Shown: positions 21,050 through 31,710 of the stretch, piece by piece | Numbering within the stretch: the stretch's first letter is position 1 | Layout of the letters: every line of letters starts with the position of its first letter | Source of the DNA: Octopus bimaculoides | Taxonomy: Eukaryota | Length of the DNA: 32,378 nt | Assembly: GCF_001194135.2 (NCBI RefSeq) | Contig: NC_068989.1 | Span: 71,946,439 to 71,978,816 of the forward strand | Reading direction: 5' to 3' | The notes under the pieces: model-generated | Seen by the model: the letters and a program-made list of their open reading frames with translations, nothing else | Databases searched by the model: none | What the model was told of the DNA's origin: nothing | Program-made: the position numbers and the translations under genes

Positions 21050-21297
21050 GTGCCTATGTAGTCGCTAGCAGACAGAAACCTTCTTGGCCCCGTCACCTTT
21101 GATTCAGTGGACACCCAAGATACCACAGTTAGCAGGAGAGAGGGCTGAATCAATACCCAGCTGCTACACATAATAGCTGAATTGGCTAGTGCAACAGGAA
21201 ATGGAGGAACTTGCTCAAGGATACACCGCGTCACTCAGTCCTGGAATTCAATCCACGATCGTATGATTATAAGTCGAACACCCTAACCATTATGCTA
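21050..21297 (-). mobile_element. CORE-type SINE in an intron
   Basis: Minus strand TAGCATAATGGTTAGGGTGTTCGAC..GGATTGAATTCC..GTGTATCCTTGAGCAAG. Confidence 0.7.
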
Positions 21298-22565
21298 ATT
21301 TTTCCTGCTTTCTCAGTCACTATAATTCGCGCCTACTGGTGAACATCTACTTAGTAGTTCTCACATCGCTGCTTCGGTGAGTTGCTGCGGGTTGTGTATG
21401 AGTATCATCTCTCGCAGTCTCATCTTTACTAAGTGGCCATCCTTTATCACCATGTCGAATGTTTGTCAGCACTCTGAAATAAAGAATGAAACTGCGCTAT
21501 CCCTCCCCCCTCTCTCTCTCTCTCTCTCTCTCTCACCTCATTATTACACTGTCTGCTCGAATGACTGCCTGTCCTACACGATGTTAACAACCGATTATTT
21601 TTCTCTCGCGCTCTGTGTCAATATTCCACTCATTTATTCTAATTTTGCTAACCAGTGCCTGCTGGATGACAAACCAATGGTTTTGAATAAATAATAAGTT
21701 ATATGTCATGTTAGTTGCATTTTCGTTGTATGTTACCCTGGGAGTTGAAAGCAGTGGCTGCACTGAGAGCGGTGAAAGAGATTGAAAGAAAATATTGTAA
21801 GAATAGGTAGATGAGAGAGAGAGACGGGGAGAGGGAGAGAGAAAGGAAGAAAGAAAGAGATAAAAGGAGGGTGAGAGAGACAATCATATATAAATGTAAT
21901 TATATATATGTGTGTATATATCACCTGCTCTTTCTTTTACTCCCTATCTCTCAAAGCAGTATTTGCACAGAAAGGCAAGTTTTTATATCCAACTTTACAT
22001 AAATGTCTTATTAGAACACCGAATACTGCGTTATTCACCCTGGGAGATCCTCTCATGTAGGTGCTTCATGCACAAAAGCATAAACATAGATCGTAGCAGA
22101 CGAGAGGTGTCTGTCATGAGCACCAGAGCTCCGATATCCCGTGGTTTCATTCTGCTGGAAGCTGTCAGTGGGAGATGTCTGGTCACTGCATGCCAGTCAT
22201 ACACACACACACACACACNNNNNNNNNNNNNNNNNNNNNNNNNNNNNNNNNNNNNNNNNNNNNNNNNNNNNNNNNNNNNNNNNNNNNNNNNNNNNNNNNN
22301 NNNNNNNNNNNNNNNNNNTATATATATATATGTGCATATATATATATATATTATTTATATTATTATATATATGTATGCATATATATGAATATATATATGT
22401 GTATGTGTCTGTGTCTGTGTGCGCCTGCGCGTATGTGTGTGTATTCATTCACCTTTGGGTCCCAAGTTAACCAACAAGAAATACTGGAATATAATAAATG
22501 GGCAATTCACATAATTTATTTTCGTTTAGAATTAATTTCATATTGCATAATTTAACATTTACTTT

Positions 22566-22812
22566 GGCGGTAAGGTAACAGAATCGTTAGTGTGTTGGGC
22601 AAATGCTGAATAACCCTTCTTGTGGCTCCTATGTTTTCAATTCATATTCCGTCGCTACGTTCTGGGTTCAAATTTCGCCGTGGTCGACTTTGCCTGTCAT
22701 CCTTTCGGGATCGATGAAAGAAATATCAGTTATGCATTGGGGTCGATATAATCGACTAGTCCCCTTTTCCCCAAATTTTCAAGGCCTTATGCCTAGAGAA
22801 GAAGAAATAATA
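22566..22812 (+). mobile_element. Family 1 SINE in an intron, with a rearranged head
   Basis: CAGAATCGTTAG head, central block and GGCCTTATGCCTAGAG tail. Confidence 0.8.
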
Positions 22813-22822
22813 ATTTTTTATT

Positions 22823-23010
22823 AAGGCGGCGCGCTGGACGAAATGTTTAGCGGTATTTCGCTCGTCGTTACGTTCTGAGTTCAAACTCCGCCGTGTGACT
22901 TTGTATTTCATCCTTTCGGGGTCGATAAAATAAGAACCAGCCTGGGGTCGATGTAAATGACTTAAGCCCCTCCCCCAAAATATCAGGCCTTGTGCCTATA
23001 CTAAAAATAG
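22823..23010 (+). mobile_element. Family 1 SINE ending about 50 bp before the splice acceptor
   Basis: AAGGCGGCG head with an internal deletion, B-box and central block. Confidence 0.85.
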
Positions 23011-23059
23011 AGAAAAATCAAAATAATATACTAACATTTACTTGTGGCTTATTTTTTAG

Positions 23060-24121
23060 GTAAAGGCTGTTCATTTGTGTACTTCTCTCTGAACGTGGCT
23101 CTCTTTACATACTTTCCAAATGCTGGTCGCCAGTTGGTCTCCTTGGTCAGTGTTGGTGAAGGTGTTTGTTTTATTTTTGCTCTTCCTTTCATCTCATACT
23201 TCATTGAATCTTACGGCTGGCGTGGTAGTTTGCTTTTACTGTGTGGCATGGAAATGCACTGCCTTCCGTTCGGACTTATCTACAGTATGAAAGTAGACAT
23301 CACGCATGGTAATCGCATAATGTCCAATCGGCCTAAAAGAGCAGCCATACGTACGACCTCGTTTTCTGAAAGCAAGAAAAATCGATTTGCATCTAACGAG
23401 AACCATGCAAATCATCCCCAAAATAACGAGAGCAAAAAAGATCAATGCGAACCGTATACAACTGCTACAATAAATAAAGCTTTTGAAGACACAGAATGTG
23501 ATGATGCTAATAGCTGTGATAATGGTTCCACAAACTATAAACCAAAACATTTAGACTCACCACAGATGAATGACTCGCATATAACAAATGATGACGACAG
23601 CCAGATTGAAGAGGAGCAACCCGAGTCCAAGCAAAAGCAAGGCATTACTTTAAAAACCTGGAAAAGATTAGCCACAAATAAAATGTACATATTAACTTTA
23701 ATATCGACGGTCACATTTCTTAGTACGTCATTGGTCATGGTAACGATTCTCCCCGATTTTTGCATGCAGCACGGATTGTCACTCTCACAAGGAGCTTGGA
23801 ATAGTGCAATAGCTTCAGTAGGGGATATCATCGCACGTCTTGTGGGTTCCTGGCTTCTTCATTCGAAACTGCTACCGAGCATAGTGATTTTTTCCTCAGC
23901 GATCATCGTATGTGGGATTACAATGTCGGTCTATATTGCCGTAAACACACCGACGTATATTACTCTGACCTCGTTCTTTTTCATGCTATTCAATGGACTT
24001 GCTTACTCTCAGTATGGTGCAATCTTCTTGGATCTTGTCGATTTAGAGGACTATCCTCTGGGGATCGGCCTGAACGAAACTTCTGCTGGCATTGGTCTCT
24101 TATTGTGTGGTTATCTCATTA
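23060..24121 (+). CDS. SLC16/MCT-like MFS transporter, main exon (TM4 end to TM11 and the large central loop)
   Basis: A 363-aa ORF with YF..GR, SYGWRGSLLLLCG (TM6 signature), a long hydrophilic loop, and GDIIAR (TM8 D/R pair). The acceptor is TTTTTTAG|GT (phase 1) and the donor is ATT A|GTAAGT (phase 1). Confidence 0.92.
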
Positions 24122-24360
24122 GTAAGTATCTCTAAACATTTTTGATATTTCAACAAGTGAATGGGCAGGTGTGTAGATTTGCGCATATATGTCTAAATGT
24201 ATATGTGTATGCATGCATGCTGTCTATATATGGGTTCTTGCATACGTATATGTATTTAATAAGCAAACCGAAACCGCTTTGATTCAATAGCATACATGCG
24301 TATGAAAATGAGACCACCTGATGGATTACTCTGTTTTTGAAGAGTACAAATTTATTATTT

Positions 24361-24464
24361 TTAGACAAGAACATTATCAACAGTGACTTCAATGTTTCGG
24401 TTATTCCGATGATGGCTTAATTACCCGAAACTTCGAAGTCACTGTCAATAATATTCTTGTTTAA
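24361..24464. repeat. 43-bp imperfect inverted repeat (36/43) with an 18-nt loop; head-to-head PLE-like termini
   Basis: Arms are 24361-24403 and 24422-24464. The loop and right arm contain CCGATGA..GAAACTTCGAAGTC. Confidence 0.75.
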
Positions 24465-24541
24465 GTATAAAGATTTATACGTATGTATGTATGTATGTAT
24501 GTATGTATGTATCTATCTATGTATGTATGTATGTATTATTT

Positions 24542-24690
24542 AGGCGTCTGACTGGCAGAGTCATTAAGGTGACGGAAAGATTACTTTACAGTAATCTTTC
24601 TGACTCTAGGCCCTGATTTCAAATCCTGCAGAAATCAACGTTGCCTTTCTATTTCTCGTGGTCGAAAAATAAAGTACCAAGCCTGTTCAG
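24542..24690 (+). mobile_element. Old, degenerate family 1 SINE
   Basis: GGCGTCTGACTGGCAGAGTCATTAAG..GATTTCAAATCC..GTTGCCTTTC..GGTCGAAAAATAAAGTACCA. Confidence 0.6.
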
Positions 24691-24763
24691 GTGCTTATTC
24701 TTGCTTTTCCCTCGTTGTTTGTTTCTGTCCATCTGTTTGTCTTTCTACCGCTTGAAAGGAATC

Positions 24764-24801
<38 letters not shown>

Positions 24802-25515
24802 NNNNNNNNNNNNNNNNNNNNNNNNNNNNNNNNNNNNNNNNNNNNNNNNNNNNNNNNNNNNNNNNNNNNNNNNNNNNNNNNNNNNNNNNNNNNNNNNNNN
24901 NNNNNNNNNNNNNNNNNNNNNNNNNNNNNNNNNNNNNNNNNNNNNNNNNNNNNNNNNNNNNNNNNNNNNNNNNNNNNNNNNNNNNNNNNNNNNNNNNNNN
25001 NNNNNNNNNNNNNNNNNNNNNNNNNNNNNNNNNNNNNNNNNNNNNNNNNNNNNNNNNNNNNNNNNNNNNNNNNNNNNNNNNNNNNNNNNNNNNNNNNNNN
25101 NNNNNNNNNNNNNNNNNNNNNNNNNNNNNNNNNNNNNNNNNNNNNNNNNNNNNNNNNNNNNNNNNNNNNNNNNNNNNNNNNNNNNNNNNNNNNNNNNNNN
25201 NNNNNNNNNNNNNNNNNNNNNNNNNNNNNNNNNNNNNNNNNNNNNNNNNNNNNNNNNNNNNNNNNNNNNNNNNNNNNNNNNNNNNNNNNNNNNNNNNNNN
25301 NNNNNNNNNNNNNNNNNNNNNNNNNNNNNNNNNNNNNNNNNNNNNNNNNNNNNNNNNNNNNNNNNNNNNNNNNNNNNNNNNNNNNNNNNNNNNNNNNNNN
25401 NNNNNNNNNNNNNNNNNNNNNNNNNNNNNNNNNNNNNNNNNNNNNNNNNNNNNNNNNNNNNNNNNNNNNNNNNNNNNNNNNNNNNNNNNNNNNNNNNNNN
25501 NNNNNNNNNNNNNNN

Positions 25516-25572
<57 letters not shown>

Positions 25573-25676
25573 GAGTGAGAGAGATAGGTGAACATATACC
25601 CACGCGTTACCACCCTCACATTATGGTTAAATATTGCACCATGCTGCTTGAATTAATTTTTAGTAAATATGTGCGT

Positions 25677-25850
25677 GTGAAGACGCATAACCTACAACTC
25701 GAGATTGTACTCGAGATCACGGTTTCAGTTCCAGGACGGAGTGGTGCGTTGTGTTCTTGAGCAAGACTCTTCATCTTACGTTACGCTGCAATCATTTCGA
25801 CACTTGACGCGTGGTACACTGTGCAACTTGTTCAAGCGACCTCGATATGA
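25677..25850 (+). mobile_element. Degenerate CORE-type SINE
   Basis: GGTTTCAGTTCC B-box-like motif followed by GTGTTCTTGAGCAAGACTCTT. Confidence 0.55.
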
Positions 25851-25958
25851 TAGCACAAACATTTAATCGCTATAAACAAATCATCTGTGCAAGTTATCCA
25901 GCAAGAAATTGCAGAACCGCCTTTCTCAGACTGCGAGAGACCATTAACACACGCACAA

Positions 25959-26175
25959 AAGGCGGCGAGCTGGCAGAATCGTTAGCACGTAGGACGAAAT
26001 GCTTAGCAGCATTTCGACCGTCGCTACATTCTGAGTTCAAATGCCACCAAGGTCGACTTTACCTTTCATCCTTTCGGGGTTGATAAATTAAGTACCAGTG
26101 AAACACTGGGGTCGATGTAATCGACTAGTCACCTCCCCAAAAATTTCGGGCCTTGTGCCTAGAGTAGAAAAGATT
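25959..26175 (+). mobile_element. Family 1 SINE with a probable ATTAACACAC TSD
   Basis: Complete head and central block. ATTAACACAC occurs at 25943 and 26173. Confidence 0.9.
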
Positions 26176-26308
26176 AACACACACACACACACAAGTATAC
26201 TTATATACTTAGCCGAGCTATTAGATTTAATCTTGATTTTTAAAAAAATGGCTGATGAATGTTTACGTAGTTTTTCTTCATTTTTTTTTTTATCTTCTAC
26301 TTCTTCAG

Positions 26309-26538
26309 ATTTACTTACTGAATACAATAACAACTATGATTACAGTATCTTAATTCTGGCAGTACTGACAACGGCTGGTGCTCTACNNNNNNNNNNNNNN
26401 NNNNNNNNNNNNNNNNNNNNNNNNNNNNNNNNNNNTGTACCTGTAGAAAAACGAAAGCTGAGATACTCGATCATCACCAGCACACTGAAGATACGTCGAC
26501 AATTAAGAAAATTGCTGCTTAATGTAATTCGATTTTAA
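26309..26538 (+). CDS. SLC16/MCT-like transporter, terminal exon (TM12 and C-tail), interrupted by gap 26387-26435
   Basis: A strong polypyrimidine acceptor TTCTTCAG|AT (phase 1) joins to give GYLI-N-LLTEYNNNYDYSILILAVLTTAGAL. The frame after the gap is uncertain: the stop is at 26538, or at 26522 if the tail is CTCRKTKAEILDHHQHTEDTSTIKKIAA. Confidence 0.75.
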
Positions 26539-26769
26539 AATTTTATATTTCCCTATTTGAAGACCACGATGTACAAGTAAAATAATTTATAAATCGGTCT
26601 TTTCGTGTTAATCTTTTCTTCTTTTTTTTTTCTTTTACTTTTTCAGTCATTTGACCGCGAGCCATGCTGGGGCATCACCACAAATGATTTTTGTTAAACA
26701 AATCCAAAGCTTATCTTTTTTTTTTTTTTTTTTAGCCTGGTACGTATTCTATCGGTCTCAAAAATTAAT

Positions 26770-26851
26770 CGACGACGATGAGATTCGAACTCACGCTGGG
26801 AGACCCCAATGGATTAGTAATCCATCGTGCCAACCACAGGATCACCTCGTC
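26770..26851 (-). pseudogene. tRNA-Ser(GCT)-derived pseudogene; anticodon now ACT
   Basis: GACGAGGTGATCCTGTGGTTGGCACGATGGATTACTAATCCATTGGGGTCTCCCAGCGTGAGTTCGAATCTCATCGTCGTCG is 82 nt and colinear with metazoan tRNA-Ser(GCT). The D arm is disrupted and there is one acceptor mismatch. Confidence 0.8.
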
Positions 26852-27076
26852 TGATACAAAAATGGTTAATTCCTGTAGAGAGTTTCTTTCTTTCTTTCTT
26901 TCTTAAACACCAGTTTCGCTAGAAAGCATGTGTTAGTATCATGGCAAAGTATATATAAAACAGAACTGGTTCTAGAATGTTGCCTTGTTTGGCATCACTA
27001 CCCACATGCATACATGCATGCATTCATACATACACACATATACATACATACATACAAACACACATACATGCACATA

Positions 27077-27124
<48 letters not shown>

Positions 27125-27784
27125 NNNNNNNNNNATATATATATATGTCTTTGCGTGCACACATACACTTTCTCTTTCACACACACACACACACACATGG
27201 TGTGCCCTGTTTACGCAAAGAAGATCATTTCCAGATAAATCATGCCGGGATAAGAAGTTTGAATCTTAAATTGAGGAACAGCGAAGAAGATGCATAAAAT
27301 ATACATAATAATAGTTTTTTCATTATTATTACAATGATCTTAAAATTTCTAATCATCGTGCATAACACCATTTCATTCTTATTGGAATTCATCAGCATAT
27401 CATTACCCATGTTAAATATATAATCTAAAACACACTTTTTATAGATAGAAAATAATTACAATTTTGAAGACAATCGTAGAATATGTGTTTTTCTTGTCTT
27501 CTTACTCTTCTTTTTCTTCATACAGGATTTGTAGTTTAGCAATTGAGAGAGAAGAGGTGGCGGCGAATTTCTTGGTTCCAACATAGACACGAACTGTTTT
27601 CTTGGAAGTTGTAGCTCGCGAGGGTGTTCTTGTTGTAGGAAATATTTTAGTTTTAACTCACGAAATTCACTGACCGTTTTCGGTATTTTATTTTTTGTTT
27701 TTCTGGGTGAGGCTATTAGTTTCAAGCTGTTCTACCATAGTACACATTTTTCGTTATGTGATAAGAGGGAAGCAGAATCCACCA

Positions 27785-27934
27785 CCACTACTCTCGTCGT
27801 CGTCGTCCTCTTCCTCCTCCTCCTCCTCCTCCTCCCCATACCCCTCCTCCCCATACCCCTCCTCCTCCTCCTCATCATATCCGCCTTTTCCCCTATTCCT
27901 CCTATTAGTTTTCCTCCTCAGTAGTATTAGTAGT

Positions 27935-27966
<32 letters not shown>

Positions 27967-27990
27967 TAGTAGTAGTAGAAGTCGTTGATG
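27785..27990. repeat. Compound microsatellite (TCG/TCC)n-(AGT/AGC)n
   Basis: Directly visible. Confidence 0.95.
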
Positions 27991-29487
27991 TTGTTTAGTT
28001 GTCGATATTGCTTGCCCCCACCACTAACCCTGATGTAGCAGATCTAATTTAAAAGATCGTCCGACCATGGCCATCTGGTCTTAAAGATTTTTAGGTATAG
28101 AATATATCCGTATAAGACAACATTATCCGGATCTTTGTGGTTTTGAGTCACTGCATGTCGATATCTTTAAAATATTTTTGGTGCAGCATACAGATGTAAC
28201 TTGCGACGTTGAATCCGAATTTGTTATTCATTTATTCCAGAAAGATTTTGCGAAATTGTTACAGGTGTTCAATGCTCGATAATTTTCAGAATTTTCAACC
28301 AATCAGAAAACAGCACGTTCGCTGCCTCTTCCATCATCTGTTACAATAGCGAGAAGGGGCGGGGGCTCCGGTATGTCAAAACATTAGAAATAATAGTGAA
28401 AAACATTAAAACATATGCGAGCATATTGAATATTTAAAAGCTGCGAGCAAACCAACTGCAGTTGCTAGAAATAACAGTTTAACCATAACTTAAAACAGAC
28501 ATTTATTGGTTCTAGTTTAATTGATTCACAGAATCTGCATTTTTTAAAAGGAAGAAGAGATCTGAAAATCGGTTATATTGATGTAGCTTTCCATTCTTAT
28601 TGCTGTGCACCCATGATCTTGTGGAGAAAAACTTAGAGGAAAAAGTTACAGAAGTTTAGAAATCGAAAAAAAACTGTGTATTTTTAGTCAATAGTGAGAC
28701 AGAAGTTTTCTGCGTTGTAGCGGTGTCAATTTTAAGGTTGTACCCTGTAAAATTTATAGTTTAGCGTCTGTGAAATGACCTGTTACCTAATAAAGTCAAC
28801 ATGTATCATCTTTACTGTTTTTTCGTCTCTCCATTGATTTCCATAGTGTTTTGTATGTTTTTAAAAAATTTGTTATATTAATATATTTATCTGCATGTGT
28901 TTATGCGTATTTCAGCATTATGTATATCTGTCGTGCATTTGTGTACATCATTAATATATAAGTGCATGTGGATGCATGTATTCATATATAAGTTTGTATG
29001 TACATTTATGCATTCATGTGTATGTGTGTGTGTGTGTGTGTGTGTGCGTGTGCGCGTGCGTGCGTGTGAAAAGGGGGCGTCTGTCTCCAAAACTCCGAAG
29101 TTGAGTAACGCTTTCATGCTTGGATTTGTAAACTACGATAAGAATAACACTGGTCAACAGAGAATTTGTTCCAAGAAAAAGAATACCTGTATCTTATACG
29201 TTTTTGCATGCAAAATTCAAAAATAATGTCAAATTATCCGTATCACCCTACAGTAAAATAAAAACAAAACGTGCAACTGAAATGAATCTCGTGGTGTGAA
29301 GAATCAGCACAGTACAACGTGAAGCACAGACGGTGAAGTGAAATATAACACAACGTACGGTTGTCATGGTAAGAAGCTGTTAATGCCTCGCTGTCTGTTG
29401 ATTGGTTAAAATTACCCAAATTTCCCGACTTTAATTCCAGACATTATTTACATTTGACGGATATTTGTCCTCATCTTGTTTGTTGTT

Positions 29488-29533
29488 AACACAACGTTTC
29501 GGCTGATATACGCTCCAGCCTTCATCAGGTGTC
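29488..29533 (-). ncRNA. Minimal type I hammerhead ribozyme motif (PLE-associated)
   Basis: GACAC-CUGAUGA-A-GGCUG(GAGCGUAUAU)CAGCC-GAAA-C-GUU^GUGUU: intact core, 5-bp stems I and II, and a palindromic AACGUU stem III. Confidence 0.75.
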
Positions 29534-29601
29534 TTAGGGAAATTTCGAACCTGGGTTCTCATTCCTAAGATATTTTTCGATGTTATTAATTATTATTATT
29601 A

Positions 29602-30084
29602 TTGAGTGAGAGAGCAGTGCATGCCATCAAAGTGACACTGGGGTAAAATATACGAAGTCCAATATACCCATCATGACTACCTGTCTGATAAGAGTACACC
29701 AGGCACATGCATCACAACCATATGTACGTGACATGGTGATCTCATATCAAGATAAACAGCGCATGACCTCGCAGGTGGGGCCCATTTAGAATTTTCTTCA
29801 GGTCGGGCAGCCCATCCTGCGCAAAAGGTCCCTGAATATTATTATTATTATTGAGTGAGAGAGCAGTGCATGCCATCAAGGTGACACTGGGGTAAAATAT
29901 ACGAATCCCATTATACCCATCATGACTACCTGTCTGATAAGGGTACACCAGGCACATGCATCACAACCATATGTACGCGACATGGTGATCTCATATCAAG
30001 ATAAACAGCGCATGACCTCGCAGGTGGGGCCCAGTTAGAATTTTCTTCAGGTCGGATAGCCCATCCCGCTCAAAAGGTCCCTGA
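29602..30084 (-). mobile_element. Head-to-tail dimer of a 234-bp (AAT)n-tailed retroposon-like unit
   Basis: Copies at 29602-29835 and 29851-30084 have identical ends and 11 substitutions. Both end CTCTCTCACTCAATAATAAT on the minus strand. Confidence 0.85.
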
Positions 30085-30532
30085 TTATTATTATTATTAT
30101 TATTATTGTTAGTCAGGTCACTGCCTAGAATCGAACTCGGAATCTGTACAAAAACGGTTTGAGGTCATTTCTTTGACCCGAGCGTCTAAAAAAAAGAAAG
30201 AAATACTTTTCTCAGAGTAAGAGAGTCACATTCCAACCACGTATCTTTTCGGAGAGACGCAGACACATTGCAGCCTCTCCGTTGGCAACGCCAGTATAAA
30301 TTCTCACGAATTGTATTTTTCTTTTTGTTCATGGTATGTCCTTACAAATCTTCTTTTCTCGTATTATTCCTTTCTCTTCGAAGAACTATGCAGCATCTTC
30401 TTCCGTCTTTACTTCATCCAACAAACAGGAAAGGCTTAAAGTGGCCATCTCTCGTCACTGTTCTAAAATTGAATTCCTACTGTTATGAAAACAAACAATT
30501 ATGGTACACGCGGTGGTTACACACGTTGTGTG

Positions 30533-30900
30533 GAGGTGCAATGGCCCAGTGGTTAGGGCAGCGGACTCGCGGTTTCGATTCCCAGACCGGGCGTTGTGAG
30601 TGTTTATTGAGCGAAAACACCTAAAGCTCCACGAGGCTCCGGCAGGGGATGGTGGCGAACCCTGCTGTACTCTTCCACCACAACTTTCTCTCACTCTTAG
30701 TTTCTGTTGTGCCTGTAATTCAAAGGGTCAGCCTTGTCACACTGTGTCACGCTGAATATCTCCGAGAACTACGTTAAGGGTACACGTGTCTGTGGAGTGC
30801 TCAGCCACTTGCACGTTAATTTCACGAGCAGGCTGTTCCGTTGATCGGATCAACTGGAACCCTCGCCGTCGTAAGCGACGGAGTGCCAACACACACACAC
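30533..30900 (+). mobile_element. Full-length tRNA-derived SINE (family 3) with 14-bp TSD and (CA)n tail
   Basis: A box TGGCCCAGTGG and B box GGTTTCGATTCCC. The TSD ACACACGTTGTGTG is at 30519-30532 and 30901-30914. Confidence 0.92.
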
Positions 30901-31284
30901 ACACACGTTGTGTGCATGTGCAGCATCTTTGGTTACGATGCAAGCAGAGTTCTTTGCAAACATTTATGGAACACATGGTAGTTACTATGGAAACAGAGTT
31001 GTTTCTTTAATATACTAACAGAATTTCGCGGTGATGTGTAAAATATCCGTTTCTGATTGGCTAAAATACTCAAATTTTGCAAACTTTAAAGACTAATAAC
31101 CTTTTAAACATAAATTTACAGGAAAAGTGATTTTCATTTTCGTAATTAGTATAAAAAAACTTAATCCATGTACTAAATTTTAAAAGAATTGGAGCAAAAT
31201 TGGAGATTATGATTCAAACCACATAGCTGCTGTTTCTAACAGCCTTAACGTTCCACATAGAAACCCTTACTCTTTGGTGTAGTG

Positions 31285-31465
31285 TTACTAGTGGTGGTTG
31301 CAGCGGTGGTCGTGGTAGTGATGGTGGTGATAGTGGTGGCGGTCGAGGTGATGCTGCTGGAGGCGGTGGTGCTGGTGTTGTTGTTGTTGTTGATGGTTGT
31401 ACTGGTGGCGTCGATGATGATGATTATGGTGATACTGGTTATGGTAGTGGTGGTGACGGTAGTAC
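31285..31465. repeat. Degenerate (GTG/GTT/GAT)n microsatellite
   Basis: Directly visible; it is the source of the poly-Val and poly-His ORFs. Confidence 0.9.
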
Positions 31466-31710
31466 GCTATTTGGATCTGTATGTGTTTGTGCATAGGTGC
31501 GGTAATCAGTAAGTGGTTACGTTTCAAATTTGGGTTGGTCCGTGTCCGTGCGTGTGTGTCCGTGCGTGTGTGTGTGTGTGTGTGTGTGAATGAGACAATG
31601 AATGGTTATATTTGTGGTTAGTAAACTAAATGAACAAAGGAAAACAAAACAGGAATACAAAATAAATATGTTACATATATTATATAAAATAATCATTTCG
31701 ATTATAAGTA

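Larger units (their letters stand above)
7174..27134. other. Nine assembly gaps: 7174-7431, 11323-11790, 14897-15776, 18802-18936, 20374-20520, 22219-22318, 24802-25515, 26387-26435, 27125-27134
   Basis: N runs, most flanked by (TA)n or (CA)n microsatellites. Confidence 0.99.
29441..30146 (-). mobile_element. Penelope-like terminal element (same family as 2775-3035), split at its internal (ATT)n by a nested dimer
   Basis: 29441-29590 matches 2780-2930. After the insert it resumes with TCAGGTCACTGCCTAGAAT (about 30114-30132), as in the first copy (TCAGGTCACTACCTGGAAT). Confidence 0.85.

Noticed and set aside
20984-21376. GTGAGT donors at about 21002 and 21377 as ends of the missing transporter exon
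   Set aside because: The phase-compatible frames contain stops or lack TM3-TM4 character.
7004-27297. Long ORFs spanning N runs (for example 14644-15873 and 24641-25619)
   Set aside because: Their length comes from untranslatable gaps and (TA)n/(CA)n flanks.
27456-27725. Minus-strand 89-aa ORF as an exon of a second gene
   Set aside because: No recognisable domain, a non-ATG start and no convincing splice pair.
29760-29835. HDV-like ribozyme at the 5' end of the 234-bp unit
   Set aside because: A partial P1 (GGGACCT/AGGTCAT) can be drawn, but P1.1, P3 and the J4/2 catalytic strand could not be assigned.
31282-31527. His-rich and Val-rich ORFs
   Set aside because: Translation of a degenerate microsatellite with no splice or domain support.
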